Assembly: GCA_963792585.1 (NCBI GenBank)
Contig: CAWBWI010000001.1
Span: 1,216,001-1,280,000 of the forward strand
Length of the DNA: 64,000 nt
Direction of reading: 5' to 3'
Source: Candidatus Eiseniibacteriota bacterium
GTDB taxonomy: Bacteria; Eisenbacteria; RBG-16-71-46; CAIMUX01; VGJL01
Part shown: piece by piece, positions 37,052-47,353 of the stretch
How positions within the stretch are numbered: the stretch's first letter is position 1
Layout of the letters: every line of letters starts with the position of its first letter
Made by a program: the position numbers and the translations under genes
Notes under the pieces: generated by a model
Database searches by the model: none
Told to the model about the DNA's origin: nothing
What the model saw: the letters and a program-made list of their open reading frames with translations, nothing else

Positions 37052-38527
37052 CTAAGTTGTGACGTGAATCGCCGCGGCGGTGCGGCGGCGATTGCGACGT
37101 TCCACGAACACCAATGTCAGGGCCAAGAGGCCCAGGAAGGCGATGAGGTAGATCGTGAGGGTCGCAACCCCCGCGCCGTCCGCCCATGCGCCGTAAATAA
37201 GCCCCGCGAGGGTGCTGAAGACCGCCACCCATGCGACGTAGGTCCAGGTCTTCGCCCGTCCGATGATCGCGGAGATGATCAGAATGCTCTGGAGGCTCAG
37301 TTCCGGATCGGCCATCAAGTAGGCGAGAAGCGGACCGCGGTGCATGCCGAGCGATAGGAACATCTTCGCGATCGGCACCTCCACCAGCGTCGGGAAGTAC
37401 ATGAAGACTCCAAACACCACCCCGGCCATGTTACCGAGCAGCGTGTTGCTGCCGGCCAGCGACTCGATCCACTCAGGGCGGATGAGCTGCCTGGCGATGC
37501 CGACGACGAAGACCCCGATGACGAGCAACGGGAAGATCTTCCGCACGAAGCTGTACGATTCGGCTAGCCAGACGCGGGTATCTTCGGCGCCCAGGCGCCG
37601 GCGCGAGAGTCCCGCGACCCCCGCAATCCCCAGGGCTACCCCGACAAAGCGGCCCGTGACGCCGACGGCGAGCCCCTCCGGCCGCGGGGTGATCCGCAGC
37701 GCGGCGATCAGCAGGGTCGCGACGATGAGGGCGAGCGCGGCTTTCGCCCATCTGTTCCATCCTTCATCGATGCGCGCAAGCCCTCGCCAGGCGGTCACCG
37801 CGATGAGCGCGAGCAGCGCGATCAGGGTTGCACCCTGTACGCTCACCCCTTCCTCGCCGCGGGCGGCATCGAAGGGCACGAGCCGGAGGAGCGTTTCCTG
37901 CAGTTGAGCGGCGCCGGAGATGGGAAGCGTCAGCTCCGTATACACGTTGGAGAGGAAGCCCAGCTTCAGCGTCCCGAGCAGCAGCAACGCGACGAGGGCG
38001 GCGAGGAAGAGTAGCGGCGTTCGGGCCGTCTCGGGGACACCCGCGAACATCGCATCCGTTTCGCGATCGTGCGCGGCATCGGCGTGACGGAAGGTCAGCG
38101 CCATGATCATCCCGATCCCGATACCGAAGGCCAGGGAGAGGACCAGGCGGGCGATCGCCAGGTCGGCCCCGATGACCCCACCGGTGTAGATGAGGGCGAG
38201 GATGTTCGCGGCCGGCGCGAAGAAGAGAAACGTGATCGCGGGCCCCAGCCCGGCCCCCTTCTTGTAGATGCCCGCGAAGATCGGGACGATCGTGCAGGAG
38301 CAGACCGCCAGGACCGATCCGGCGAGGGCGGCGGCAGGATAGGATACGGCGCGCGGGCTGTTGCGTCCGAGGAGTCGCGTGATCGTCGCTTTGGGAACGA
38401 GCGCGGTCATTGCCCCCGCGATGAAGAAGGCGGGGACGAGACAAAGCAGGACGTGCGCCGCGAGGTAGGCGGCGAGATTCCCGAGTCCCCCCTGCAGCAG
38501 CTTGAGGATGAGCCCCCCGACATCCAC
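37052..38527 (-). CDS. arsP: ArsP/DUF318 permease
   Basis: HVLLCLVPAFFIAGA, LAVCSCTIVPIF, GAGLGPAITFLF, FMYFPTLVEVP, ADPELSL. Confidence 0.85.
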   Translation of the reverse strand: MDVGGLILKLLQGGLGNLAAYLAAHVLLCLVPAFFIAGAMTALVPKATITRLLGRNSPRAVSYPAAALAGSVLAVCSCTIVPIFAGIYKKGAGLGPAITFLFFAPAANILALIYTGGVIGADLAIARLVLSLAFGIGIGMIMALTFRHADAAHDRETDAMFAGVPETARTPLLFLAALVALLLLGTLKLGFLSNVYTELTLPISGAAQLQETLLRLVPFDAARGEEGVSVQGATLIALLALIAVTAWRGLARIDEGWNRWAKAALALIVATLLIAALRITPRPEGLAVGVTGRFVGVALGIAGVAGLSRRRLGAEDTRVWLAESYSFVRKIFPLLVIGVFVVGIARQLIRPEWIESLAGSNTLLGNMAGVVFGVFMYFPTLVEVPIAKMFLSLGMHRGPLLAYLMADPELSLQSILIISAIIGRAKTWTYVAWVAVFSTLAGLIYGAWADGAGVATLTIYLIAFLGLLALTLVFVERRNRRRTAAAIHVTT

Positions 38528-38569
38528 CTATCTCCCCTCCCTCAGGCCCCCGACAGAGGCCTCGCATGC

Positions 38570-38585
38570 ATGGCGACTTGGCCAT
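38570..38585. promoter_or_regulatory. Palindrome ATGGC-N6-GCCAT upstream of arsP (candidate ArsR operator, copy 2)
   Basis: ATGGCGACTTGGCCAT; TTGACA on the minus strand at 38599-38604. Confidence 0.6.
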
Positions 38586-38620
38586 ACCAGCAACCCATTG
38601 TCAAATAAAGAGGTCGCCTG

Positions 38621-38926
38621 TTATCGCGACTCTTTCAACACCTGCGTCGCACAGGAAAAGAAGTTCGTTACGCAGGGCGTGAGCAGACGGTAGATCACCA
38701 CGCTTCCCTCTCGGCGGTCCTCGACGATGCCATGCGCCCTCAGGACGGCGAGATGCTTCGAAACCGTCGTCTGGTCGGAGCCGATCAGCCGGGTTAGATC
38801 GCCCGCGCTGCACTCCCCACGACTCAGGCGATCGACGATCATCAGCCGCGACTCGTTCGCCAAGGCCTTCAGCACTCGGGCCTGACTTCGGAACACCTCT
38901 CTACCTTTCTCTTTCGGCAAACTCAT
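38621..38926 (-). CDS. arsR: ArsR/SmtB family transcriptional regulator
   Basis: LKALANESRLMIVDRL, TVSKHLAVLRAHGIV, LTPCVTNFFSC. Confidence 0.9.
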   Translation of the reverse strand: MSLPKEKGREVFRSQARVLKALANESRLMIVDRLSRGECSAGDLTRLIGSDQTTVSKHLAVLRAHGIVEDRREGSVVIYRLLTPCVTNFFSCATQVLKESR

Positions 38927-38932
38927 GCGCCT

Positions 38933-38961
38933 ACTTTATGGCCATGTTGCCATGCTGTCAA
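38933..38961 (-). promoter_or_regulatory. Sigma70 promoter TTGACA-17-TAAAGT with ATGGC-N6-GCCAT operator in the spacer; probably leaderless arsR mRNA
   Basis: TTGACAGCATGGCAACATGGCCATAAAGTAGGCGCATG. Confidence 0.75.
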
Positions 38962-39030
38962 GAGCAACAATTGGGTGTTCACCCGCGTCGAGGCGATTGG
39001 CGCGGTGGCTCGTCTCAAGCGGGAGATCGA

Positions 39031-39789
39031 CTACTTCAGCCTCCCGACGAGGCGGAGCAGACCGTCGAGAATCGTCAGAGGATGGGGCGGACAGCCCGGA
39101 ACGAACAGGTCGACGGGGACAACGGAGGCGGCGCCGTTGTGCTGCTCGGGGTGGTCGATGTAGGGCCCGCCGCTGATGGCGCAGGCTCCGACCGCGATCA
39201 CGATCTTCGGGTCCGGAACGGCGTCGTAGGTCTTCTTCAACGCAGTGCGCATGTTCTCCGTCACGGGACCCGTGATCAGCAGCCCGTCGGCGTGGCGCGG
39301 CGAGGCGACATACTGGATTCCGAACCGGCCGACGTCCCAGCCGATCGTCGTGAGCACGTTGGTGTCGGCCTCGCAGGCGTTGCACCCGCCCGCGCTCACC
39401 ACCCGCAACTTCAGGGAACGACCCAGGAGCCGTTGCAGACGACCGCCGAGCGCCGCAGCCAGACGCAGTTCGTCCCGGCCGACCCACAGATCCTCGCGCT
39501 TGCTCACCGCGAGCCGATGATCGCCCGTGTAGGCGATCGCGCCTTCCGGGCAGGCGGTTTCGCACTCCGTGCAGAACAGGCACTTTCCGAGATCGATCGT
39601 CACGCGTCCGGTCAGCCCGATGGCGCCCGTGGGACAGACCGCCGCGCACTCCGCGCACCCTTCCCGGCACACGGCTTCACGGATCCTCGGCAGCCCGCGG
39701 TATCGATCGGGCAACGCGGGGGCCGGCCCCTTCGGATACGGGGTCGTGCGATACCCCTGCCGCAGCCTTGCGAGAATGAGCTTGATCAT
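39031..39789 (-). CDS. Ehr/hydrogenase-4 small subunit (NuoB-like) fused to a 2x[4Fe-4S] ferredoxin
   Basis: CAECAAVCP, CLFCTECETACP, SAGGCNAC, SPRHADGL, GACAISGG, PGCPP. Confidence 0.9.
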   Translation of the reverse strand: MIKLILARLRQGYRTTPYPKGPAPALPDRYRGLPRIREAVCREGCAECAAVCPTGAIGLTGRVTIDLGKCLFCTECETACPEGAIAYTGDHRLAVSKREDLWVGRDELRLAAALGGRLQRLLGRSLKLRVVSAGGCNACEADTNVLTTIGWDVGRFGIQYVASPRHADGLLITGPVTENMRTALKKTYDAVPDPKIVIAVGACAISGGPYIDHPEQHNGAASVVPVDLFVPGCPPHPLTILDGLLRLVGRLK

Positions 39790-41291
39790 AGGTCGTGCCC
39801 GCAATACGAGAGGTTGAAGCTCTTGTTGCAGAGGGGGAAGTCCGAGATCGGCTGCCCCCGCATCGCGTACGCCAAGCCGAACCAGTTGTGGAATGACGGA
39901 TCGACGATCTTGTACGAGGCGAACCGCCCCTCACCGTTGGTGATCGCCACATGGCAGATCTCGCCACGCCACCCCTCGACCAGCGAGACCGCGAGCCTGT
40001 CCGGCGCGAGCGCCGGGATGCGTTCGGCCCGCGCATCGTCCCGACGGCAGCGCATCGAGTTGCTCGTGGACGAAGGAAAATGCGCGTTGGATCTCGATCG
40101 AGCGGATGTGCGCCCGTCCGAATACGTCCCCCGTCTTCCAGGTGCAGGATGGGATGTGCGCGTACCTGTAGATACCGAAGGGATGATCCTTGCGGACGTC
40201 ACGATCGATCCCGCACGCCCTGGCCGCGGGACCGACCAGCCCGATTTCTTCGCAGACTTCCTTTGAAACGAGTCCGGTTCCCTCGAAGCGAGCCATCACC
40301 GATGGGCTGTCCCAGAGCAGCGCATCCGCGATCGCCGTGTCCTTCGCGGCCGCTTCCAGGCGCGGCGCCATCTGACGGAGAAGGTCCACGTTCAAATCGA
40401 ACGCCACGCCTCCCGGACGAAGCAGGGAGCGGCCGAAACGACTCCCGCAGGCGGTCGCGGTCAGGTTCAGGACATCCCCTCGGATCCGCCCGCAGTAGGA
40501 GGCGGTCGGCAGATAGCCGACGTCCCCGGACAGCGCCCCCAGATCACCGATGTGATTCGCGATCCGCTCGAGTTCCAGGGCGACTCCGCGAATCGCCATC
40601 CCTCGGGGCGGCACGTTGACTCCGGCGATCGCCTCGACCGCCTGGCAATAGGCGTGCGCGTGTCCGACCGTTGTGTCGCCGGCCAGGGTTTCGATGTAGG
40701 GAATCGTCCGCTTGTCGGGCCCGCCCCGGAGCGCACGCTCCACGCCGCGGTGCTGGTACCCCAGGGAGATCTCGAGGTGGAGCACTTCCTCCCCGTAGCA
40801 CTGAAAGCGGAAGTGGCCGGGCTCGATCACCCCGGCATGGACCGGACCGACGGCGACCTCATGGACTTCCTCGCCCTCGACCTTGAAGTAATCCATCACA
40901 CCGCACGGAGTCTGGCCTTTGGACTTCCCCGCCGGGGGCTGAAACCGAATCGGCTTGAGCCACGGGTGTCCGCGCGGCTCGATCCCCCATTGCTCCGCCA
41001 GCTCGCGCTCGAACCAATGCGCCTGGGGGCAGTCCGGGGTGAGAGCGTCGAACCCTTCCGTGACGTCCGTCGCGCAGACGGCGAGATCTCCGGTCGTCGT
41101 CGTTTGCGATGACCGCGAACATCCGCACGCCCGTGGGCGCCGTGCGGCACGGCGAAGAGCGCGGAGATCCTCCCCCCGCGGATCGTCGCCTCGATGACGG
41201 CGCTCCGGAACGCGCCAGGGCCTAGAACCGGGACATCGGCCATCCCGATCGACTCGGCGTTGCCCAGCATGGCGAAGAGATCACGCGGCAT
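39786..41291 (-). CDS. Ehr/HyfG-like large subunit (NuoC+D), lacking NiFe Cys motifs (frameshifted)
   Basis: VGPVHAGVIEPGHFRF, LGYQHRG, ELERIANHIGDLG, VEGWRGE, DPSFHNW, DFPLCNKSFNLSYCGHDL. Confidence 0.9.
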
Positions 41292-42778
41292 CAGAACAGC
41301 CTCATGCCGGCGATCGCCTGGTCGATCGCGGTCCGGAGAGCCCCGGGGACGTAGAGGCCGAGCACGAGGACGGCGAGACCCAACACCGCCGGAGGAACGA
41401 TCGCCGAGAATCGTTCCCGCGCAGGCGTGTCTTCTCGTGAGGCTACTGACCCCGTGCCGTGAGCCATCCGGAGAAAGACCATCGCCATTCCGACAAAGAC
41501 GGTCAGAAGGAGCGCAAGGTAGGCCGCGGCGATGATGAAGCGGCGTGCGTCAAGGGTACCCTTGAGGATCGTCAGCTCGCTCACGAAAAGGCCGAAAGGA
41601 GGCGATCCGGTGATGGCGAAGAACCCCGCCAGCCAAAGGGCGCCCGAGACGGGCAGCACGCGGAGCACACCGGTGACCTGGCTCGGCGGTCTTCGTCCGG
41701 TAGGCTCCGAGGATGTTCCCCGCCAAGCAGGAACAGCATCGCTTTCGTCAGGGAATGGTTCACGACGTGCAGGAGCGCGCCGAATGCGGCGATTCCCCCC
41801 ACGCCCACGCCAAGCATCGCAATCCCCATGTGCTCGACGCTCGAGTAGGCCAGCATCCGTCTTGTAGTCGGACTGCCCGACGATGAAGACCGCGGCGACC
41901 GCCATCGACACGACCCCGAAGAGGACGAACAGCCCCTTGCTGAACTCGGCCAGACCCGCCGCCACGCATACGCCGTGCATGCGGAGGATCGCGAGGAAGG
42001 CGCAGTTCAGGAGCGCGCCGGAGAGCAGCGCCGAGACCACCGATGGCGCCTCGCTGTGCGCGTCGGGCAGCCAGGTGTGAAGCGGCGCCAGTCCCATCTT
42101 GGTCCCGTAGCCGACCAGCAGGAGGAGGAAGGCCGCCTTGAGCCATCTTCGGGTCGAGCTCCGTGGCATGGGCCATCAACTCGGGAATCCGTCATCGAGG
42201 AGATCCGCTCGCCGGCCGGATCTGCGGCGACGACCAGGAAGAAGTTCCCGAGCAGGGCGATGGCGATACCGACGGAGCAGATGACGAGGTACTTCCACGC
42301 CGCCTCCAGCGAGCGGTGATGGCGGTGGAAGTGGATGAGCGGCGCGCTCGCCAGCGTCGTTCCCTCGACTGCGACCCACATCAATCCGACGTGTTGCGCC
42401 GACGATCGACGAGGGTCATCGAGGCGAGGAAGAGCAGGAGACAGCCGATGAAGGTGGCCTCCGGGGCGTTGGGGAAGAGGAATCCCTCCTCGATGTCGGC
42501 GCGCCTTCCCTGACCCTCCCGATTGAGGTAGCCGATGGCGTAGACGGCGATCGCCAGGAACAGCGCGCTCGTGGTGCCCAGGAAGAGCATCTCGGCCGCG
42601 TCGCAGCGCCACCCATCCGCCGAGCTGCGATAGCGGCCGCATGGCCCACGCGACTGCGGTCAATCCTGCGTGCACGATCGCCGCCGCACAGCAGGAGAGC
42701 ATGACGAAGCCGATTGCCGCGCATGAAGAACGCGCCCGCGCCCGCGATGAGCGGCAGCAGAATGAGCGCCAGAATCAT
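41291..42778 (-). CDS. hyfF: Hydrogenase-4 subunit F-like antiporter-type membrane subunit (frameshifted)
   Basis: WVAVEGTTLAS, LEAAWKY, GYGTKMGLAPLHTWLPDAHSEAP, LAYSSVEHMG, GSPPFGLFVSE. Confidence 0.85.
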
Positions 42779-42803
42779 CCGATCCGGCGCTTTCCTGAGT
42801 CGT

Positions 42804-43449
42804 TCATCCTCTCAGCTCCGACAGTCGATCCGTGTCGATGTGATCGAACTCCCGATTGATGTGGTAGATCATGATCCCCATGACGAAGACGGCCACGAAG
42901 ACGTCCAGCAGGATTCCCATCTCGACGAGGAGCGGCTCCTTCTCCGCAAAGGCAAGACCGAAGGTGTAGATCCCGTTCTCCATCGCGAGATAGCCGAGCA
43001 CCTGCGTGATCGCCATCCGCCGCGCGACGATCATGAAGAGGCCGACCATGATCGTGAACAGCGAGACAGCGATCATGAACTGAGAACCGGCCGGGACCGG
43101 GAGCGGCAGCCGCCACCCCAGCCAGAGCGCAACGCCGAGAAGCGCGCCGCCCACGAGGAGCGACGGCGTGTAGCCGACGATCGGATCGATCTCGCGCCGC
43201 ACGTCCGCTCCACGCACGGCCCGCGTCGAGAAGCCACGGGAAGACGACCCCCTTCGTGATCATGCTGGCGGTGGCCTGGAGGGCGACGCGGAGGGTGAGG
43301 TCGCCCGCGTGAAAGAAGATCGGGAGCAGCCCGAGGATGATCCCCTGGACCGCAACGATCCGGATGCAGGCCGCCAGGCGGCTCGTTCCCAGCAGACGCA
43401 GGTTGCTCAGGACGACCAAGGCGATCGCGGCGTCGATCCAGTCTGTCAT
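42804..43449 (-). CDS. hyfE: Hydrogenase-4 subunit E-like membrane protein (frameshifted)
   Basis: TQVLGYLAMENGI, PLLVEMGILLDVFV, INREFDHID. Confidence 0.85.
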
Positions 43450-43485
43450 CGATTCCCTTCCGTTCCTCTTCGTCCTATCGCCGAC

Positions 43486-44400
43486 TCACCGCAGGACCAA
43501 CATCAGGGCCAGCCCGGAGAGGACCGTGGCAGCTACGAGAAGTTGGGGCACACGATTCAGCCGCTGCCTCGCCATCACGGACTCCACGCAGCCCGTGGCG
43601 ATCGCCAGGATGACCATCCCGGCCAGGCCGACGGCGAGATCCAGCGCGACATGACCCGTGCGGATCGGAAGCAGGATGCCGGTGACGAGCGCCCCAAGGA
43701 CCCAGAGCTTGAGCGCCGCGGCGTACTGCACGAACGCCAGATCGGGTCCCCCATGATCCAAGACCATCACCTCGTGGATCATCGTCAACTCGAGGTGGGT
43801 GTTGGGATCGTCGAAAGGGATGCGGGCATTCTCGGCCAGGTAGACCACGAAGAAGGCCGCGCCGATCAGGAGCAGGGGCAGGCCCCCGCTGGGACCGAAA
43901 TCGAAGAGCCGCACGGAGGCGTAGCCGTCGGAGAGGGAGAGACCGCCTCCCCGCCGGGCCAGGGTCGCGAGCCCGAGCAGCAGGGCCGGCTCGGCCAGCG
44001 CCGAGAAGGTGACCTCTCGACTCGCCCCCATCCCCTCGAAGCTCGAGCCGGTGTCGAGCGCCGCGAGGACCATGAAGAAGCGCATGAGGGCGAGGAGGTA
44101 CGCGAAGAGCACCAGATCCCCCGGAAACGCGGCGAGAGCCCGCACCCCGGCGAACGGCACCAGGAGCAAGGAAATGCTCACCGCGGCGAGACCGACGATC
44201 GGTCCGGCACGAAAGACCCAGGTCGTCGTGTCGCTGTAGACCGCGCCCTTCCGAAGGAGCTTCGCCAAGTCGTGGTAGCCCTGGAGGAGCGGCTGGCCCC
44301 GGCGGCCGGCGAAGAGCGCCTTCGTCCGGTTGACGATCCCGAGGAGAAGCGGCGCCAGGAAGATCGCAAAGGCGACGGGTACGATCGCGACGACGTTCAT
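43486..44400 (-). CDS. hyfC: HyfC/HycD (NuoH-like) membrane subunit
   Basis: GRRGQPLLQGYHDLAKL, DTGSSFEGMGASRE, AENARIPFDDPNTHLELTMIHE. Confidence 0.9.
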   Translation of the reverse strand: MNVVAIVPVAFAIFLAPLLLGIVNRTKALFAGRRGQPLLQGYHDLAKLLRKGAVYSDTTTWVFRAGPIVGLAAVSISLLLVPFAGVRALAAFPGDLVLFAYLLALMRFFMVLAALDTGSSFEGMGASREVTFSALAEPALLLGLATLARRGGGLSLSDGYASVRLFDFGPSGGLPLLLIGAAFFVVYLAENARIPFDDPNTHLELTMIHEVMVLDHGGPDLAFVQYAAALKLWVLGALVTGILLPIRTGHVALDLAVGLAGMVILAIATGCVESVMARQRLNRVPQLLVAATVLSGLALMLVLR

Positions 44401-44403
44401 GGG

Positions 44404-46387
44404 CTAGGCCAGTTTCCAGACGAGAAGGAGCAGAAGGGTGAGGGCGATGTACAGCACGTAGAGCTGCATCTGTCCGCTCTGCAGCCAGCGCTGCTTCGCG
44501 AGCACGCGGCCCCAGCCCGCGAAGACCGGTTCGTAGACGCTCTTGTACATCGGATCCGCGGTGTGCGTCGTCAGCGAGGATTCCTCCGGGAAGAGACCGC
44601 CTGGGGGCGCGTACCGGCGGCGTGTCCGGAGCACGAAGTAGAACAGACCCGTGAGCGGCTGGGCGAACCCCGAAGCCGTGTACTGCATCCGCGGGTTCGG
44701 GGCCGCGTAACCGCAATCCCAGGTCGTGGCCGTCGTGACGGACCGGCCGGCCAGGAGCCTCCAGCGCAGGAAGGCGAGCGCGCCGACGCATGCGAGAAGT
44801 GCGGCCGCGCCTAGGACGATCCAGCGCATCGAGTCCGTAGCCATCGCCGGGACGGTGACATCAGCAAGAGGCAGATCGGCTGCGGCCGCCACGACACCCC
44901 TCATTCCACCAATCAGGATCGGGCCCAGCAGGCCGATTCCAACGCAACCCGCCGCGAGCACGATCATCGGAATGCGCATCGCCCATGCCGCCTCGGTCGC
45001 GCCGGCTGCTTGGTCGCAACGCGGTTCTCCGAGAAAGACGAACCCCGAAGGCCTTCGTGAAGCACGCTGCGGCGAGACCGCCGATGAGCGCGAGGGCTCC
45101 GATGGCGACGGCGCACGCGGCGGCGCCCACCGCGCCGAGACCGACGATCCCCTTCAGAGCGCCGAGGTAGATGAGGAGCTCGCTCACGAATCCGTTGAGC
45201 GGGGGCAATCCGCAGATGGCGACCGAGCCGACGAGGAAGAGCCCGCCCGTCCACGGCATTCTCTTCAGGAGCCCCCCCATGCGATCGATCTCGAGGCTGT
45301 GCGCAGCGTGGCCGACGGCGCCGGCGCCGAGGAAGAGCAGCCCCTTGAAGATGGCGTGATTCACGACGTGCAACATCGCGCCGGCGAATCCCAGGTAGGC
45401 CATCGCCGGCAGGCCATAGCTCTTGCCCAAGAGGCCCACGCCGAGGCCGAGGGCGATGATGCCGATGTTCTCGACGCTGTGGTAGGCGAGAAGCCGCTTG
45501 AGGTCGTGCTGCGCGAGAGCGAAGACCACGCCCAGCACCCCGGAACTCACGCCGATCGCGAGAATCGTCCAGCCCCACCACGGAGGCGGGATTCCAAGGA
45601 AGGTGATCGTGCGGACGAGGCCGTAGATGCCCGTCTTGATCATCACCCCGGACATCACGGCCGAGACATGACTCGGGGAAGCCGGGTGCGCCTCGGGTAG
45701 CCAGACGTGGAACGGCATGAATCCCGCCTTCGTGCCGAAGCCGATCACGGCCAGCAGAAAGGCGACGCTCGCGGCGCCGCGAGAGCCGGGCGCGATCCTC
45801 ATGGCGTCGAAATCGAGGGATCCGGAGGACTGACCGAGCATCAGGAAGAGGATCAACAATCCGGCCGTGCCCAGGTGCGTGGCAACGAGGTACGTCCGGC
45901 CCGCCTGGCGTACTTCCTCCTTTTCGTCCTCGAAGACGACGAGGAAGTACGAGGCCAGGGCCATGACCTCCCATGCGATCAGGAAGAGAACGCCGTTTCT
46001 CGCAACGAATACGAGGACCATGCTGGCGATCAGGGCATTGAAGAAGAACCAGCAGGCGCCCAGGTTCTTCTTCCCGCTCCAGGCCTTGAGGTAGGAGGCG
46101 CCGTAGATGCCGGTCAGGGCGGAGAGCGCCAGGACCGGCAGAATGAAGAACGCCGAAATCGGATCGACCCCGATGGAGAACGATCCCATCGGCATGCTCC
46201 AGGGAATCCGCAGCGCGAGACTCCCCCCGCGCACCAGCACCCCGATGGCCGTGACGAGCCCGAGAATCGATCCGGCAAGTAGCCCGGTCAGGGCCATCCC
46301 CGTCGAGATGCGTTCGTTGCGATGGGTCACGGCCGCGAGAACACCACCGGCGAGGATGATGCCGAGCGATGCCAGGAGGAGGGTCAC
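44404..46387 (-). CDS. hyfB: HyfB-like (NuoL/MrpD) proton-translocating subunit (frameshift near 45000)
   Basis: GFGTKAGFMPFHVWLPEAHP, KRLLAYHSVENIG, NHAIFKGLLF, PPLNGFVSE, TWDCGY...RMQYT. Confidence 0.9.
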
Positions 46388-46415
46388 CGCGCGGCGCTCT
46401 TGGGCCCCTGGGGGG

Positions 46416-47132
46416 TCATTCGGTCGCGCTCCCCGACCCGCGGAGCCGCTCTCCCTGGATCTCCAAGTCGTCCGCGCGTCTCACGGCGTTCAGGATCTCC
46501 TCGCGCGACGCCTGCCGGGAGAGGAGGGAACGGAACTCCTCGTCGCGAAGCGTGAAGGCGAGTCGCGAGAGCACGTGAAGATGGGCGCGCACGCCGGGGC
46601 TCACGATGGTGAACAGCGTGTTGACGGGCTTGCCATCGATCGCGGCGAAGTCGATCTCGTGCTCGAGGAAACACAAGGTCACGGTCGGCTTCGGGATGTG
46701 CATCACGATCGGATTGCGGACATGCGGGATTGCGATACCGTCGCCGACCCCCGTCGAGCCGAGCGATTCGCGGGCGAGGAGCACCTGGTGAAGGAACTGC
46801 CGATTGACTTCGTCCGGAAGCCTCATCAGGTCCACCACGGCCCGCAACACGGATGCTTTGTCCGTCCCGCCGACCCGATAGTGGATTCCCCCCGCTTCGA
46901 GCGCGTCCCCGACGGTGGGAAGGGGCATCCGGGCTGAATCCTCCGGTTCCTCGAAGATCTCCGGAGAGACGTTGATCCTGCGCGATGTCGCCCACTCAAG
47001 GAGTTCGGCCCGGTTGAACCGGTGCTGCTCGTTGATGCGATAGGCCGGAAGTCGCCCCTCTTTGATCCAGCGGTAGATGGTCTTCTCGGAGACCCCCAAG
47101 AGACGCGCGGCTTCCCTAACCCCGAGTTGCAT
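46416..47132 (-). CDS. Excisionase-type HTH (HTH_17) fused to PTS EIIA (PtsN-like) domain
   Basis: LGVREAARLLGVSEKTIYRWIKEGRLPA; RESLGSTGVGDGIAIPH with phospho-acceptor His. Confidence 0.9.
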   Translation of the reverse strand: MQLGVREAARLLGVSEKTIYRWIKEGRLPAYRINEQHRFNRAELLEWATSRRINVSPEIFEEPEDSARMPLPTVGDALEAGGIHYRVGGTDKASVLRAVVDLMRLPDEVNRQFLHQVLLARESLGSTGVGDGIAIPHVRNPIVMHIPKPTVTLCFLEHEIDFAAIDGKPVNTLFTIVSPGVRAHLHVLSRLAFTLRDEEFRSLLSRQASREEILNAVRRADDLEIQGERLRGSGSATE

Positions 47133-47353
47133 CCGCCCCGCCTCCTGTCAAATCCGAATGGATTGGAACAAGTTGAGACATGGGGCGAATCTTGTCCTAA
47201 GACGTCCGTTGCGTCAAGGGTTCGCGCACCTGCCCGGCTCTCCGCCGGGGGGCGTTCCCTTCGATCCCCGAGCGTGACCGGTCCCAAACGCCCGACCGCG
47301 CACGGCCCATCTTCGACGAGCCGTGCGCGGTGGTCCAACCGGGGTGGATTGGG

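Noticed and set aside
39031..46387. Functional NiFe hydrogenase-4 / formate hydrogenlyase
   Set aside because: Both Ni-binding CxxC motifs are missing and no maturation genes are present
46416..47132. Prophage or ICE excisionase
   Set aside because: The HTH is fused to a PTS EIIA domain; no integrase or phage genes nearby
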